IMG/VR virus record: IMGVR_UViG_3300010052_000208
Location: 1 to 60,510 of that record
Direction: 5' to 3' (one strand)
DNA: 60,510 bases
DNA from: a virus
Taxonomy: Duplodnaviria; Caudoviricetes
The position numbers were made by a program, and so were the translations under genes. Below the pieces are notes generated by a model. That model had not been told where the DNA came from and searched no databases. It saw nothing but the letters and a program-made list of their open reading frames with translations. Below, piece after piece: positions 45,827-56,112 of this stretch (positions within the stretch are counted from its first letter, which is position 1; each line of letters starts with the position of its first letter).

Positions 45827-46255
45827 ATGAGCAAATTCGCAGCACTGGCGGCCGACGTCGCCACGCCCTATCGCGTCGAGCTTCTCGATCCGCTCACCGA
45901 TGAGCCGATCAAGGACAAGCAGGGCAACCCCGCCTATATCGATGTGTTCTCCACCGACAGCGCTCCCGGCCGGGCATTCGATGCGACCGAGCGCAAGAAG
46001 GTGACCGAGAAGGCGATCAAGGGCCGTTCGGCCGATCTCCCCGACCAGCTCGAGGCGAACTTCGCCAAGGCCGCCAAGCTGACCAAGGCGTGGCACCTGG
46101 TCGATCCTTCCTCCGGCGCCGTGATCGACGTTCCCTGCAATGCCGACAATGCGCTGGAACTCTATTCCGAGCCAGGCATGGCGTGGCTGTTCAGCCAGGT
46201 GTGGGTCGGAGCGACCAATCCCGCAAATTTCATGAAGCGCTCGCCGAAGAACTGA
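45827..46255 (+). CDS. Tail assembly chaperone (gpG-like)
   Basis: Between tube and tape measure; ends over slippery site. Confidence 0.8.
   Translation: MSKFAALAADVATPYRVELLDPLTDEPIKDKQGNPAYIDVFSTDSAPGRAFDATERKKVTEKAIKGRSADLPDQLEANFAKAAKLTKAWHLVDPSSGAVIDVPCNADNALELYSEPGMAWLFSQVWVGATNPANFMKRSPKN
46225..46231 (+). other. -1 ribosomal frameshift site A-AAT-TTC giving gpGT-like fusion to 46650
   Basis: X XXY YYZ heptamer in frame; -1 frame continues KFHEALAEEL...YLWNWF...W.DVKAW. Confidence 0.8.
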
Positions 46256-46618
46256 TTGCCTTCGCCGAGCAGGAATTCCGGGCTGCCCGCGTCAAGGCGG
46301 ACGGCTCCACCGAACGACAGCATAACGAGGCAGCCGACAGGATCAGGGCCGGCCTGCCGAAGAAAAAACAGACCAGGCAGCAGCCTGGTCGGGCGCACTT
46401 CTGCCCTCCCGATCTGATCTATTTGTGGAACTGGTTTGTCGAGCTTGTCGGAGGCTCATCCGGCGGCGGATCAGGCCCGGCAACCATCGCATGGGTCGAC
46501 GTCAAGGCATGGTCGGAACTGACCGGCGAAGCGGTCGAGCCATGGGAGGTTCGGCTGATGATGCGGCTTTCCGGTATCCGGGCGGAGATCGAAAGCGAAG
46601 AGATCAGGAAGTCGCTCG

Positions 46619-47257
46619 ATGGCGCTGCGGGTAAAGGTCGAGCCGGTTGATAGCTGGGTGGCGGTGACGGTAAGCGAACTGCTGTCACCCGAAGCAAGGT
46701 CAGTTGCTGTCGCCGAGTTTGCCAGAGGGCGTCTCGCAGAGGCGCTCGACAAAAACAGCAAGGCGGTCGGTGGCCTCACGCCCTACGATCAATTCGTCGA
46801 CGGCCGCAAGGGGGCGATGCTGGAAAGCGTCAACCCGGAACGCGGCGTCATCGTCTTTGAGTTCGAATTGGTCAGTGAGGTATTGGCCTGGATAATGGCG
46901 ATGCTGATTGAGCGGTCGCCCCGGCGATCTGGGCGATATCGCGACAGCCACGCCTTCTTTGCGGACGGCGCGCAGGCCGCGGTCGGGTCTCCGTCGCCGG
47001 CCGACGAATATAGCTTTGCCAATCTACAGCCTTACGCCCGAAAGCTGGAGATCGGGCGGACGGAGAGCGGACGCGACTTCCTGATCTCGGTCCCGAACCG
47101 GATCTATGAGCGCACGGCGAAAGACGCCCGTGCCCGGTTTGGCAATGTGGCGAAGATCGGTTTCACCTATCGCGGCTATGCTGGCGGCGGGGTGGTCGGC
47201 GGACGCGCCGGGAACAAGTCGAAGCTGCGATACCCAACGATCACGGTGAGGCCATAA
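46619..47257 (+). CDS. Tail completion/neck protein (HK97 gp10-like)
   Basis: SP.RSGRYR.SH, N.QPYARKLE. Confidence 0.6.
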   Translation: MALRVKVEPVDSWVAVTVSELLSPEARSVAVAEFARGRLAEALDKNSKAVGGLTPYDQFVDGRKGAMLESVNPERGVIVFEFELVSEVLAWIMAMLIERSPRRSGRYRDSHAFFADGAQAAVGSPSPADEYSFANLQPYARKLEIGRTESGRDFLISVPNRIYERTAKDARARFGNVAKIGFTYRGYAGGGVVGGRAGNKSKLRYPTITVRP

Positions 47258-47570
47258 GCGCATCGGCGTACAGATCGAAAGAGTTGCGCTCAAATGCCGT
47301 CAGCGACGCGTAGGTATAGCACAGACGAGCGTGGCTGAGATCAGACGGCGATAGCTCCCCGCGTGCGTCAGTAATTGCCTTGGCCAGGGCTGTACATCTG
47401 CCTGTTGCGGCCAGCTCTGTGGCCGCGTCTCGCATCGCTGCTGTAACCGCAGCCTCCGCTTTGGCCTGATATGCAGCTTGGCGGGCAACGTGAGTCCGGT
47501 ATTCGCCCCAAAAATAGTAGCCAATCGTGGCGAGTACCGCGAGGCACGTCACCGCCTGCAAAAACTTCAT
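47241..47570 (-). CDS. Reverse-oriented small membrane protein (moron-like)
   Basis: GGGAGG RBS; N-terminal TM helix. Confidence 0.7.
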   Translation of the reverse strand: MKFLQAVTCLAVLATIGYYFWGEYRTHVARQAAYQAKAEAAVTAAMRDAATELAATGRCTALAKAITDARGELSPSDLSHARLCYTYASLTAFERNSFDLYADALMASP

Positions 47571-47617
47571 AGCCAGGCCTCCCGATCCGGCCTGAGCATA
47601 TCCAGCGGAAGACCTTG

Positions 47618-49633
47618 ATGGCAACAGTACAGGAAGCGGTTCGCCGGCTGACGGTCGAAGCGCGCTCCGTCAATGTCAAGGAAACGGCCAAGGATGCGCA
47701 GGCTCTAGGCACAGCGCTCGACGGCGTTGCCGTGTCCGGAGCACGCGCCGAGAAGACGACGCAGAGCCTGGACACGCGCCTTGGCGCCATCCAACGCCGA
47801 TATGACGAAAACTATCGCTCGCAGATGGATCTCGCCCGCGTCGAGCGCACCTTGGCCTCAGCGCAGCAGCAGGGTCTGATTACGCTCCAGCGCCGCGTCG
47901 AACTGCTTGGCATGGCGGCTGAACGGCACAATCTGGCGACATCGGCGATCCGTCAGCAGACCGACGCGACCGAACGCCTGACCAACGTTCAGCGCATGCA
48001 GGCTGCTGCCAATTCGAACACTCCCGGCACCCTGAATACCGCCAATATCGCCGCCCAGTTCCAGGATATCGGCGTCACCTCCGCCATGGGCATGTCGCCC
48101 ATTCAGATCGCCCTCCAACAGGGCACGCAGCTTTCGGCGGTATTCGAGGGCCTGAAGGCCAGCGGCCACGGCGTGGGCACCGCTTTGGCGAGTGCTTTCA
48201 CCTCGATCATAAGCCCGGTGTCGCTCGTGACGATTGGCGTCGTTGCGTTGACCGCGGTTGCCATCCAGTATTTTTCCAGCGTCGTTTCCGGCGGGCAGAA
48301 GAGCGAAGAGACGCTCGAAAAGGAAGCGGCGCTGATCCGCGAGGTCGCCAACACCTGGGGCGCGGCCCTTCCTGCTTTGAAAGCGTTCGCTGACGAGCGA
48401 CAGAAACTGGCCGATCAGACCAAGATGCGCGAGGCGACCGACCTCGGCCTTGAGGCGGCTTATGCCGATGCGGCTGAGCAGGTTCGCATGCTCAACGCCG
48501 AGGTCGTCGACACTGTTTCCCGAATGCAGATGCTTGGGGCGTCGGACACGGAAATTGTCACCCTTCAGCGGGCGTTTGCCGACCTCGACAAGGCCGTCCA
48601 GGCTCAGAATGGCGGCGTCGAGGAAGCAAACCGGGTCAGCGCTGCCCTCGCAACCCTTTTCAATTCCGTAGCATCGCCGGCGACAGCTGCACTGGCTGGC
48701 CGATTCGACGCCTTGGCCGGATCGATCGCGACCGCGAGCGCCAATGCGATAAAGCTACGCTCCGACCTGGCGATACAGGACTTCAATTCACGCAACCCGC
48801 TGGGCACGATACCAGCGGTTTTTAGCGGCGGCGGCGTTTTCCAGAATGAGGCCGACGTTCAGAACGATCGCGCGAACTCGACGAAATCGCAGTATGAGAT
48901 CGAGCAGGAAGCCCTCGCGCGGCAGGGGCAAGCTGCGGCCGAAGCCGCCGCCAGGCAAGCCGAGGCGGCTGCAGCGGCTCAGATGCAGCGCCTGGAGAGC
49001 TTGCAGGCGTCGCTTCTTACCGAGGAAGAGACTGCTCGCAACAGCTACGCAAACCAACTGATCGACATCCAGGAGTTCTATGACGCCAACCTGATCCAGG
49101 ATGCCGACTACTACGAGCTGATCGAGCGCGCAAAGCAGGAGCATGAAGACCGGCTTCTGGCGATTGCGCAGCAGCGTCTGGAAACAGAGCAGCGTATCCG
49201 TTTGGCATCGTTCGATGCTGTGGCGTCAGCGCTGTCCAGCGTCGGCAGTCTCCTTGAAAGCCAGGGCGAAAAGCAGCTTGCGACCTCAAAGGCGTTCGGC
49301 ATCGCGTCTGCTCTGATCTCGACCTACACCGGCATCGCGAAGGCCATGGAACTGCCGTTCCCGCTCAACTGGGCTCAGTCGGCCGCCGTGGCCGCGCATG
49401 GCTTCGCGCAGGTCGCTGCGATCAGCTCGACAGGCAAAGGCGGCGGCGGCGGTGCGGCGTCCGGCGGTGCGGCCGGCCCAAACGCCGCGGCTGGTGCGAA
49501 TGCGGCGCCGCAGCAAGCTGTGTCGATCAACCTCACCGGCGATGTCTACAGCCGGCAATCAGTCGAGGACCTGCTTGCGCAGATCAATGAAGCCGTGTCC
49601 GACGGGCACAAGCTGGTAATCAGGACCGTCTGA
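47618..49633 (+). CDS. Tail tape measure protein
   Basis: NIAAQFQDIGV....GMSP..IALQQGTQL motif; Ala-rich helical. Confidence 0.92.
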   Translation: MATVQEAVRRLTVEARSVNVKETAKDAQALGTALDGVAVSGARAEKTTQSLDTRLGAIQRRYDENYRSQMDLARVERTLASAQQQGLITLQRRVELLGMAAERHNLATSAIRQQTDATERLTNVQRMQAAANSNTPGTLNTANIAAQFQDIGVTSAMGMSPIQIALQQGTQLSAVFEGLKASGHGVGTALASAFTSIISPVSLVTIGVVALTAVAIQYFSSVVSGGQKSEETLEKEAALIREVANTWGAALPALKAFADERQKLADQTKMREATDLGLEAAYADAAEQVRMLNAEVVDTVSRMQMLGASDTEIVTLQRAFADLDKAVQAQNGGVEEANRVSAALATLFNSVASPATAALAGRFDALAGSIATASANAIKLRSDLAIQDFNSRNPLGTIPAVFSGGGVFQNEADVQNDRANSTKSQYEIEQEALARQGQAAAEAAARQAEAAAAAQMQRLESLQASLLTEEETARNSYANQLIDIQEFYDANLIQDADYYELIERAKQEHEDRLLAIAQQRLETEQRIRLASFDAVASALSSVGSLLESQGEKQLATSKAFGIASALISTYTGIAKAMELPFPLNWAQSAAVAAHGFAQVAAISSTGKGGGGGAASGGAAGPNAAAGANAAPQQAVSINLTGDVYSRQSVEDLLAQINEAVSDGHKLVIRTV

Positions 49634-49634
49634 C

Positions 49635-50444
49635 ATGCCAGTCGTCATTTCCCAGGCTCTCGTCCTCGCGACGCCAACCGAGGGTGGACCGGATGCACCG
49701 CTGATCGGCTGGCACAATCTGGTAACAGCGGCTGGCGTCGCCGCCGACGAGGAAGACGCCGACTATCCGGCAACCAATCTCGCGAATCCGTCGACCGCGC
49801 TGCGGTGGCAGGCGGAGACGACCGACGATCAATACCTGACCTTCACGCTGACGGGGTCCGACGAGATCGATTACGTCGGCATCGCCCGGCACAACCTCGG
49901 ATCGGGCCAGGTCACCGTGTCGGTCGAGTCTTGGGACGGCGATAGCTGGGAAGAGGTCGCTGCGGAATACATCCCGGCCAGCGACCAGCCCATCGTCATC
50001 CGATTCGAGGAAGTTCAGCCATCCGAGATCAGGATCAAGCTGCAGCCCGGTTCCGTGATCCCGAGCATCGCCGTGGTTTATGTCGGGAAACTGCTTCGAC
50101 TGCAGCGTGGCGTCCAGCCCGGCCTGATACCTATCCTCTGGGCCGCGTCGGACACCGTCGTCTCTTCGGAATCGGAAGCCGGAGATTATCTCGGCGCCAT
50201 CGTCATGCGCCAGTCGCTGTCGATGTCAGTTTCGGTGCAGTGGGTCGACTACGACTGGTGGAACACCAACATGCCTGGATTCATCACCCACGCCCGCCAG
50301 CGGCAGCCATTCTTCTTTGCCTGGCTCCCGGCGACCTATCCGAACGAAGTCGGCTTCGCGTGGACGCAGAGCGATATCCGCCCTGAGATGCAGAGCAATC
50401 TCATGGTGAACTTCAGTCTCGATATGAAGGTCGTCGCCCTGTGA
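49635..50444 (+). CDS. Probable distal tail protein
   Basis: Immediately after tape measure. Confidence 0.6.
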   Translation: MPVVISQALVLATPTEGGPDAPLIGWHNLVTAAGVAADEEDADYPATNLANPSTALRWQAETTDDQYLTFTLTGSDEIDYVGIARHNLGSGQVTVSVESWDGDSWEEVAAEYIPASDQPIVIRFEEVQPSEIRIKLQPGSVIPSIAVVYVGKLLRLQRGVQPGLIPILWAASDTVVSSESEAGDYLGAIVMRQSLSMSVSVQWVDYDWWNTNMPGFITHARQRQPFFFAWLPATYPNEVGFAWTQSDIRPEMQSNLMVNFSLDMKVVAL

Positions 50445-50617
50445 ACCGCCGGGCTTTCCTTGTGGGTCTGACAGCCGCGCCATTTGCGGCGACCGGCGAT
50501 CCGCGTGCATCCGAAGCCATCTCGATCAGGATTCAGGGCGATAGCTATTCGAAGCAGGACGTTGAAGACCTTCTCCGCTCCATAAACGACGCCGTTCGTG
50601 ACGGGCACGCCAAGTGA
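50441..50617 (+). CDS. 58-aa protein: twin-arginine signal plus copy of tape-measure C-terminus (not in ORF track)
   Basis: MNRRAFLVGLTAAPFAATGDPRASEAISIRIQGDSYSKQDVEDLLRSINDAVRDGHAK; GTGA overlaps at both ends. Confidence 0.8.
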   Translation: MNRRAFLVGLTAAPFAATGDPRASEAISIRIQGDSYSKQDVEDLLRSINDAVRDGHAK

Positions 50618-52896
50618 GCAAGGCGCTGACGTTCATCGAACTCGACATCGAGTACTGCAGCCTGAGCTATGGCGTTTCGCCCTGCACTGCGACATTGTCC
50701 GGCGGGAGCCCGACGGGAACCATCAAGTGTTTCAACAGCAAGGGCACATGCCAGGATCGCGTCAACTTCGCGACCAGCACCGTCACGCTGCGCTTTGCCG
50801 AGGGCACCGCATACCTGGCCGAAAGCGGCATCGAGGCCATCGCCTGCATCGAGGACATCGCGTTCACGCCGGGCACGATCTCGCTTGGCGAAGATCTGGG
50901 AACCCGGTCATCGCTCAAGGTCACCATGGCGGACTTCCCATGGTCGGACACCGGGCCGGGCTTCGACAAGTATCTCGCCGATCGAACCTATGATCCCTAC
51001 CGGCAGGGAACGTTCTGGGGCAAGTTCCGGTCACGGCATCCGTCATTGCGGGGACGGGCGATCCGCGTCATCAGGGGCTTTCTCGGGCAGACGCTCGAGG
51101 AAATGGAAACCCGCCACTATGTCGTGGAGAGCATCGACGGGCCGGCGCGTGACGGCAAATATGCCATCATCAGCAAGGATGTCCTGAAGCTTCTCGACGG
51201 CGACCGCGCGCAGGCGCCGAAGATGTCGAACGGCTTCCTCGCCGGCGACATCAACGACAGCACGACCAGCGCCACGCTTTCGCCGTCCGGCATCGGCAAC
51301 CTGGAATATCCGTCGTCTGGATATGTGGCGATCGGCGGATCGGAAATTTGCGCCTTCACCCGGTCGGGGAATGCCCTGACGTTGACGCGCGGCCAGTTCA
51401 ACACGACGGCCGTGGCGCATAGCGCCTCAGATCGTGTCCAGATCTGCATCCGCTACACCAGCGCCGACATCGCGGACGTGCTGAACGACCTGATGGTCAA
51501 CTATGCGGCGATGCCAGGGAGCTACATCGATCTGGTCGGCTGGAAGGCGGAGACGACGACCTTCCTGCGCACGCTCTATACAGCGCTGATCGCTGAACCG
51601 ACTTCAGTGGAGAAGCTGACCAAGGAACTGATCCGGCAGGGCGCGCTTTCGCTGTGGTGGGACGACATCGCCCGACTGATCCGCCTCAAGGTGCTTCGGC
51701 AGATCGACACCGACGCCGCGGTCTTCGATGAAAACGTGATCGTCGCCGACAGCCTGGCCATCAGCGATCAGCCGACGAAACGGCTATCGCAGGTCTGGAC
51801 CTACTTTGCGCAGATCAACCCGCTGAAGGGTGTAGACGATACTGACAACTACCGCTCCTGCTCGGTGGTGGCCAACCTCGAGCTGGAAAGCGACTACGGG
51901 TCGCCGGCTATCGAGAAAATCTATTCGCGGTGGATCCCGCTGGGCGGCCGCGCCATCGCGGAGCGCATCGGTGAGATCCTGGTCGGGCGGTTCGGGCGGC
52001 CGCCGCGCCGGTTCAAGCTGACGGCAAGCCGTGGCGGCCCGGTGACGCCGACGGCAGGCATCGGCTACAAGATGTCGTGGCGGACGCTGCAGGACGCCAC
52101 GGGCGAGCGCATAGAGGTCCCGGCCCAGGTCGTCAGGATCGATGCGCAGTCGGCGCTGATACCAACCGAGCTCGAGGAGTTCGATTTCTCGTTCGTCGAC
52201 GACGGCGACCCCACGGTCATCTTCGATATCGACACCTACAATGTGAACGCGCGGACGGTTTTCGATCTCTTCTATCCGACGCCGGAAAGCGGCGACGATG
52301 TCTATTTCATCGTCGAGGCCGGCGTGAAGATCGGATCGACCAGCACGTCGCAACCGGCCTTCAACGTCGGATCGTGGCCATCTGGCGTGAATGTCCACCT
52401 GATCGTGCGCGGCCGCATCCAGGGCAAGGGCGGCAAGGGCGGGGCCGGCACCGGCCAGAATGGCTTTGTCGGCGGCCCTGCGCTCTACACGCGCCGCGCC
52501 ATCACCATCGAGAAACTGGAATCCGGCGACCCCGAGGGCGAGATCTTCGGCGGTGGCGGTGGTGGCGGTGGCGGCTATGGCTTGGCCGTAGGCAAAGATG
52601 CGGGTGGCGGTGGTGGCGGCGGCGCAGGCTTCGATCCCGGCCAGGGCGCCAGCGACGGCGCCTATGGCGGCTACAGCGACCCCGGCACGACGGAAGCCGG
52701 AGGCAACGGCAGCGACGGTGTCGGCAGCTCGAACGGCGGCAATGGTGGCGGGCCGGGTCTGTCCGGGCAGAACGGCTCCAAGCAGGGTTTAGGATCGCCT
52801 GGGACGGGCGGCGCGGCAGGCGCGGCGATCGACGGCGTCAGCTACGTGACCCTGACAGGGGCATCGCCCGACAGACGCGGCCCACAAATCAACTGA
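50614..52896 (+). CDS. Tail tip/hub protein with Gly-rich C-terminus
   Basis: 760 aa; N-terminal Cys cluster, poly-Gly C-terminal repeats. Confidence 0.72.
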   Translation: MSKALTFIELDIEYCSLSYGVSPCTATLSGGSPTGTIKCFNSKGTCQDRVNFATSTVTLRFAEGTAYLAESGIEAIACIEDIAFTPGTISLGEDLGTRSSLKVTMADFPWSDTGPGFDKYLADRTYDPYRQGTFWGKFRSRHPSLRGRAIRVIRGFLGQTLEEMETRHYVVESIDGPARDGKYAIISKDVLKLLDGDRAQAPKMSNGFLAGDINDSTTSATLSPSGIGNLEYPSSGYVAIGGSEICAFTRSGNALTLTRGQFNTTAVAHSASDRVQICIRYTSADIADVLNDLMVNYAAMPGSYIDLVGWKAETTTFLRTLYTALIAEPTSVEKLTKELIRQGALSLWWDDIARLIRLKVLRQIDTDAAVFDENVIVADSLAISDQPTKRLSQVWTYFAQINPLKGVDDTDNYRSCSVVANLELESDYGSPAIEKIYSRWIPLGGRAIAERIGEILVGRFGRPPRRFKLTASRGGPVTPTAGIGYKMSWRTLQDATGERIEVPAQVVRIDAQSALIPTELEEFDFSFVDDGDPTVIFDIDTYNVNARTVFDLFYPTPESGDDVYFIVEAGVKIGSTSTSQPAFNVGSWPSGVNVHLIVRGRIQGKGGKGGAGTGQNGFVGGPALYTRRAITIEKLESGDPEGEIFGGGGGGGGGYGLAVGKDAGGGGGGGAGFDPGQGASDGAYGGYSDPGTTEAGGNGSDGVGSSNGGNGGGPGLSGQNGSKQGLGSPGTGGAAGAAIDGVSYVTLTGASPDRRGPQIN

Positions 52897-52909
52897 ACGG
52901 GATTGACCG

Positions 52910-53284
52910 ATGGCATACGGACGCTTCCAGACGACGGCGCAAGACAGCGCTGGCAACGTGCTTCCATCGGCATCGATCGAGGTGCGCCTGGAATCATCGG
53001 GATCGCTGGTCTCGGTCTATTCCGACCGGGATGGCGAGACGCCAAAGAGCAACCCGTTCACGGCGGACAGCGAAGGGTATTTCTTCTTCCATGCGCCGGG
53101 CGGGGCTTATCGCATCACGGCGACGCTGGGCAGCGCGACAAAGACATGGCGGTATGTCGCCGTCGGGCTCGCCGGGGAGAGCGACGCAATCGCCTATCCC
53201 ATGATCATGCTGACGCAGGAGGAGTATGACGCGCTCGATCCGCCGACGCCCGGCGTCCTCTATTACATCGTAGAAGATGCCTGA
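52910..53284 (+). CDS. Tail fibre adaptor protein
   Basis: NPFTADSEGYFFF; C-terminal LTQEEYDAL...LYYI module. Confidence 0.6.
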   Translation: MAYGRFQTTAQDSAGNVLPSASIEVRLESSGSLVSVYSDRDGETPKSNPFTADSEGYFFFHAPGGAYRITATLGSATKTWRYVAVGLAGESDAIAYPMIMLTQEEYDALDPPTPGVLYYIVEDA

Positions 53285-54347
53285 CCTCCGCGTAGGCAGC
53301 GCTTCGGTCGACGCGATCTACTACGGGTCGAGCGAAGTAACGGCAGTCTATTATGGATCGGAGCGGATCTGGCCATCCGTGCTGACCGTGCGCGTGCCGG
53401 TCGATTCGATGGTCTGGAGCGACTTCGCGGCGGTCATCGAGGCAACACCGGATACAGGCATTGCTGGCGACCTCGGCACCTGGACCGACTACGCGCCGAG
53501 CATTCTAACCGGCGTCAATGTCGCCGTGCCGGTCAACATGATGGACTGGCGCGATTTCGAGGTTTCCAGCTACGGGTTTTCGAAGGGCTTCTCGTCGGGC
53601 TTCACGGCACTGCCTTCGGACGCCGGGCCGACCCTTCCCACCTCCGACGCAATGGTCTTCACGGACTATGCGCCAACGATCGAAGCGGAATCGATCGCCA
53701 CCCGCGAATTTCGCGGCAGCAAGTCATCGGGCAACAGCACGTCGGCGACGCACACCTTCGCGGCCTGCGATATCGGTTCGGCCGTTGTCGGCCGGCGAGT
53801 CTTCGCCATGGTGGTGTTCTACGCCACCTCCAGCAAGACGGTAAGCTCGGCGACGATCGGCGGAAACGCCGCTGCCGTGCATCTCCAGCACTCCTTCTCC
53901 ATGGGCGGGAGCTACTACCTGCACGTCGCGCTGGTTTCGGCTCAGGTCGACACCGGAACGACCGGCGATGTGGTCATAACACTGAACAGCTCGGCTGCCC
54001 TGCAATTGAAGAGTTGCGGGACATACAAGGTGCTGGGGCTGCAGTCGACGACGCCAGTGGATACAGCGGTGGGCGGATGGTCGACCGCCGGCGGCGCCAA
54101 GGATCTGCTTGTCGATGTGCTTGCCGGCGGGCTGCTGTTCGACTGCCAGATGGCCCTGAATGGCACGGCCGGCTCGACTTACTCCTATACGGCCGGCGCG
54201 ACGCTGGACGCCGATGTCGCGATCAACTCCAACCATAGCATGGTCTGCGGATCAGCCGAACTGACGGCCGACCAAACCAACCGAACCGTCACAATGGACG
54301 GCACCGCCATTTTCCGCGGCACCCGCATCCTCGCATCGTTCCGCTGA
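53277..54347 (+). CDS. Tail fibre / receptor-binding protein
   Basis: N-terminal G...V.AIYYG...V..VYYG..IW module; repeated W.DYAP units. Confidence 0.6.
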   Translation: MPDLRVGSASVDAIYYGSSEVTAVYYGSERIWPSVLTVRVPVDSMVWSDFAAVIEATPDTGIAGDLGTWTDYAPSILTGVNVAVPVNMMDWRDFEVSSYGFSKGFSSGFTALPSDAGPTLPTSDAMVFTDYAPTIEAESIATREFRGSKSSGNSTSATHTFAACDIGSAVVGRRVFAMVVFYATSSKTVSSATIGGNAAAVHLQHSFSMGGSYYLHVALVSAQVDTGTTGDVVITLNSSAALQLKSCGTYKVLGLQSTTPVDTAVGGWSTAGGAKDLLVDVLAGGLLFDCQMALNGTAGSTYSYTAGATLDADVAINSNHSMVCGSAELTADQTNRTVTMDGTAIFRGTRILASFR

Positions 54348-54388
54348 TCCACTTTCTCCACAATCTGATCTGACAGGAGCCTTTTCCC

Positions 54389-54832
54389 ATGGCCGTCACC
54401 ATCTCGCGCTACAACCACACGGCAAAGCTGATCACGAACAAGGAGATCGACTACACCGCTCTCAAGTTCATGCTGCTCGACAGCAATGCCGCATTTGACG
54501 CCACGGACACGACGCTGACCGATGTGCTGGCGGGCGCTGCGACCGAGGTATCCGGCAACGGATGGGATGCCGGCGGCGAGGCGCTGGCCAGCGTTGCCAT
54601 CACCACGGTCTCGACCAGCGGCGCGATGCTCGACGCCGCCGATATTTCCGTCACAGCAACGGGCGGCAACATCGGGCCGGCGTCGGCAGGCTGCATCTAT
54701 GACAGCGCGCACGCCGACGATGCGCCGCTCTGGTACGTCGATTTCGACGGCCCGCAGGAGGCCGGGGTCGGCACCGACTTCAAGGTGACGTTCAACGCCA
54801 ACGGCATCTTCCGCATCACGAATCCGGCTTGA
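54389..54832 (+). CDS. Minor tail protein
   Basis: Beta-rich; in tail operon. Confidence 0.55.
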   Translation: MAVTISRYNHTAKLITNKEIDYTALKFMLLDSNAAFDATDTTLTDVLAGAATEVSGNGWDAGGEALASVAITTVSTSGAMLDAADISVTATGGNIGPASAGCIYDSAHADDAPLWYVDFDGPQEAGVGTDFKVTFNANGIFRITNPA

Positions 54833-54846
54833 TCGGAGACTGACCC

Positions 54847-55494
54847 ATGACCGTTCGCACGCGCGCGCAGCTCAACAGCGACGCCGGAACCTATCTGGCC
54901 GACAACACGACCGGCGACATCACGCCGGAGGATGTCCGGCAGCGGGTCAAGGATCTTGCCGACAGCGCGCTACTGCCGGAGGATATCGGTGTGAGCGTCC
55001 AAGGCTATGATGCCGACCTCGCGGCTATCGCAGCGCTCACGCCGTCAAACGACCACATCATCCAACGCAAGGCCGGCTCATGGGCCAGCCGGACTATGGC
55101 ACAGCTAATCGCGGACCTGGCCGCTCTCGGCACGACCTTCCAGCCGCTGCTTGCCACGCTGACGAGCTGGGGCGCGATCACGAGGGCATCTGGCGTCGAC
55201 ACGTTCATCGCTTCGCCGACCTGGACAAACTTCCTGTCCATGGTGACGGGCGAGCCGACCTTCTACACTTCAGGTGGAACCGACGTGGCCTTGGCGGACG
55301 GCGGCACGGGCGCAAGCGATGCGGCCACAGCGAGAAGTAACCTTGGCCTCGCGATAGGGACTAATGTTCAGGCGTACGATGCGCAGTTGGCAGCATTTGC
55401 TGCCAACACTGGCATCTCAGGCACGATCACGGTTTCGACTAGCGACCCATCGGGCGGATCAGACGGCGATGTCTGGCTCAAATACACGGCTTGA
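54847..55494 (+). CDS. Tail fibre protein
   Basis: VQ.YDA.LAA repeats, DGGTGAS..ARSNLGL, PSGG.DGDVW. Confidence 0.7.
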   Translation: MTVRTRAQLNSDAGTYLADNTTGDITPEDVRQRVKDLADSALLPEDIGVSVQGYDADLAAIAALTPSNDHIIQRKAGSWASRTMAQLIADLAALGTTFQPLLATLTSWGAITRASGVDTFIASPTWTNFLSMVTGEPTFYTSGGTDVALADGGTGASDAATARSNLGLAIGTNVQAYDAQLAAFAANTGISGTITVSTSDPSGGSDGDVWLKYTA

Positions 55495-55497
55495 CCA

Positions 55498-56112
55498 ATG
55501 AGCATCGGAATCAAGGTGTCCGGCGCATGGAAAGACGTTGCGGCTGTGTCGGTTCGGGTAAGCGGAGCTTGGAAGACTGTCTCTCAGGCCTATGTGAAAG
55601 TGTCGGGGGTGTGGGAGGAACTGCTTAACGCTCGCGGTCCTGCATCCATCATCGACCGCACGACCGGCACCAATATCGGCGACATGACGGCCAATGGCGG
55701 GCTTGCCGCTGCGTTCGACGGCGACACCACACAGGGTGGCACGACGACCGCCAACAAGACATCGGTATCGAGCGCTGGGTCGGCTTATGTCGGCAAGACG
55801 ACTGCCGCACCAACGGCGGTCGAAAGTGTGACGGTCCATGGTACGGACAATCAGGGATATGTGGCGTCGGTCAACCCATCGACCACGCTTACGCTGTTCG
55901 GCAAGCAGGGGTCTGCCCCGGCCAATTCCGGCGACGGCACAAGCCTTGGCAGCACGACGTTCACCGACACCGCAAACGAGTCTACCGGGCGGACGATCAA
56001 CAGCAGCGACACCGCTACCTATTGGGATCACGTCTGGGTTCGCCTGACCCATGCGGACGGTTCCGCGCGGACGGTTGGTATCGCGGAACTCGTAATCACA
56101 GGATGGCAATGA
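55498..56112 (+). CDS. Tail fibre distal subunit
   Basis: Triple (K/R)VSG.W N-terminal repeat. Confidence 0.6.
   Translation: MSIGIKVSGAWKDVAAVSVRVSGAWKTVSQAYVKVSGVWEELLNARGPASIIDRTTGTNIGDMTANGGLAAAFDGDTTQGGTTTANKTSVSSAGSAYVGKTTAAPTAVESVTVHGTDNQGYVASVNPSTTLTLFGKQGSAPANSGDGTSLGSTTFTDTANESTGRTINSSDTATYWDHVWVRLTHADGSARTVGIAELVITGWQ

Noticed and set aside
52420-52830. GGC/GGT low-complexity repeats
   Set aside because: Explained by the Gly-rich C-terminus of the tail-tip protein.
33785-56112. Gene transfer agent interpretation
   Set aside because: Integrase, repressor switch, replication genes and HNH/cos indicate a true prophage.
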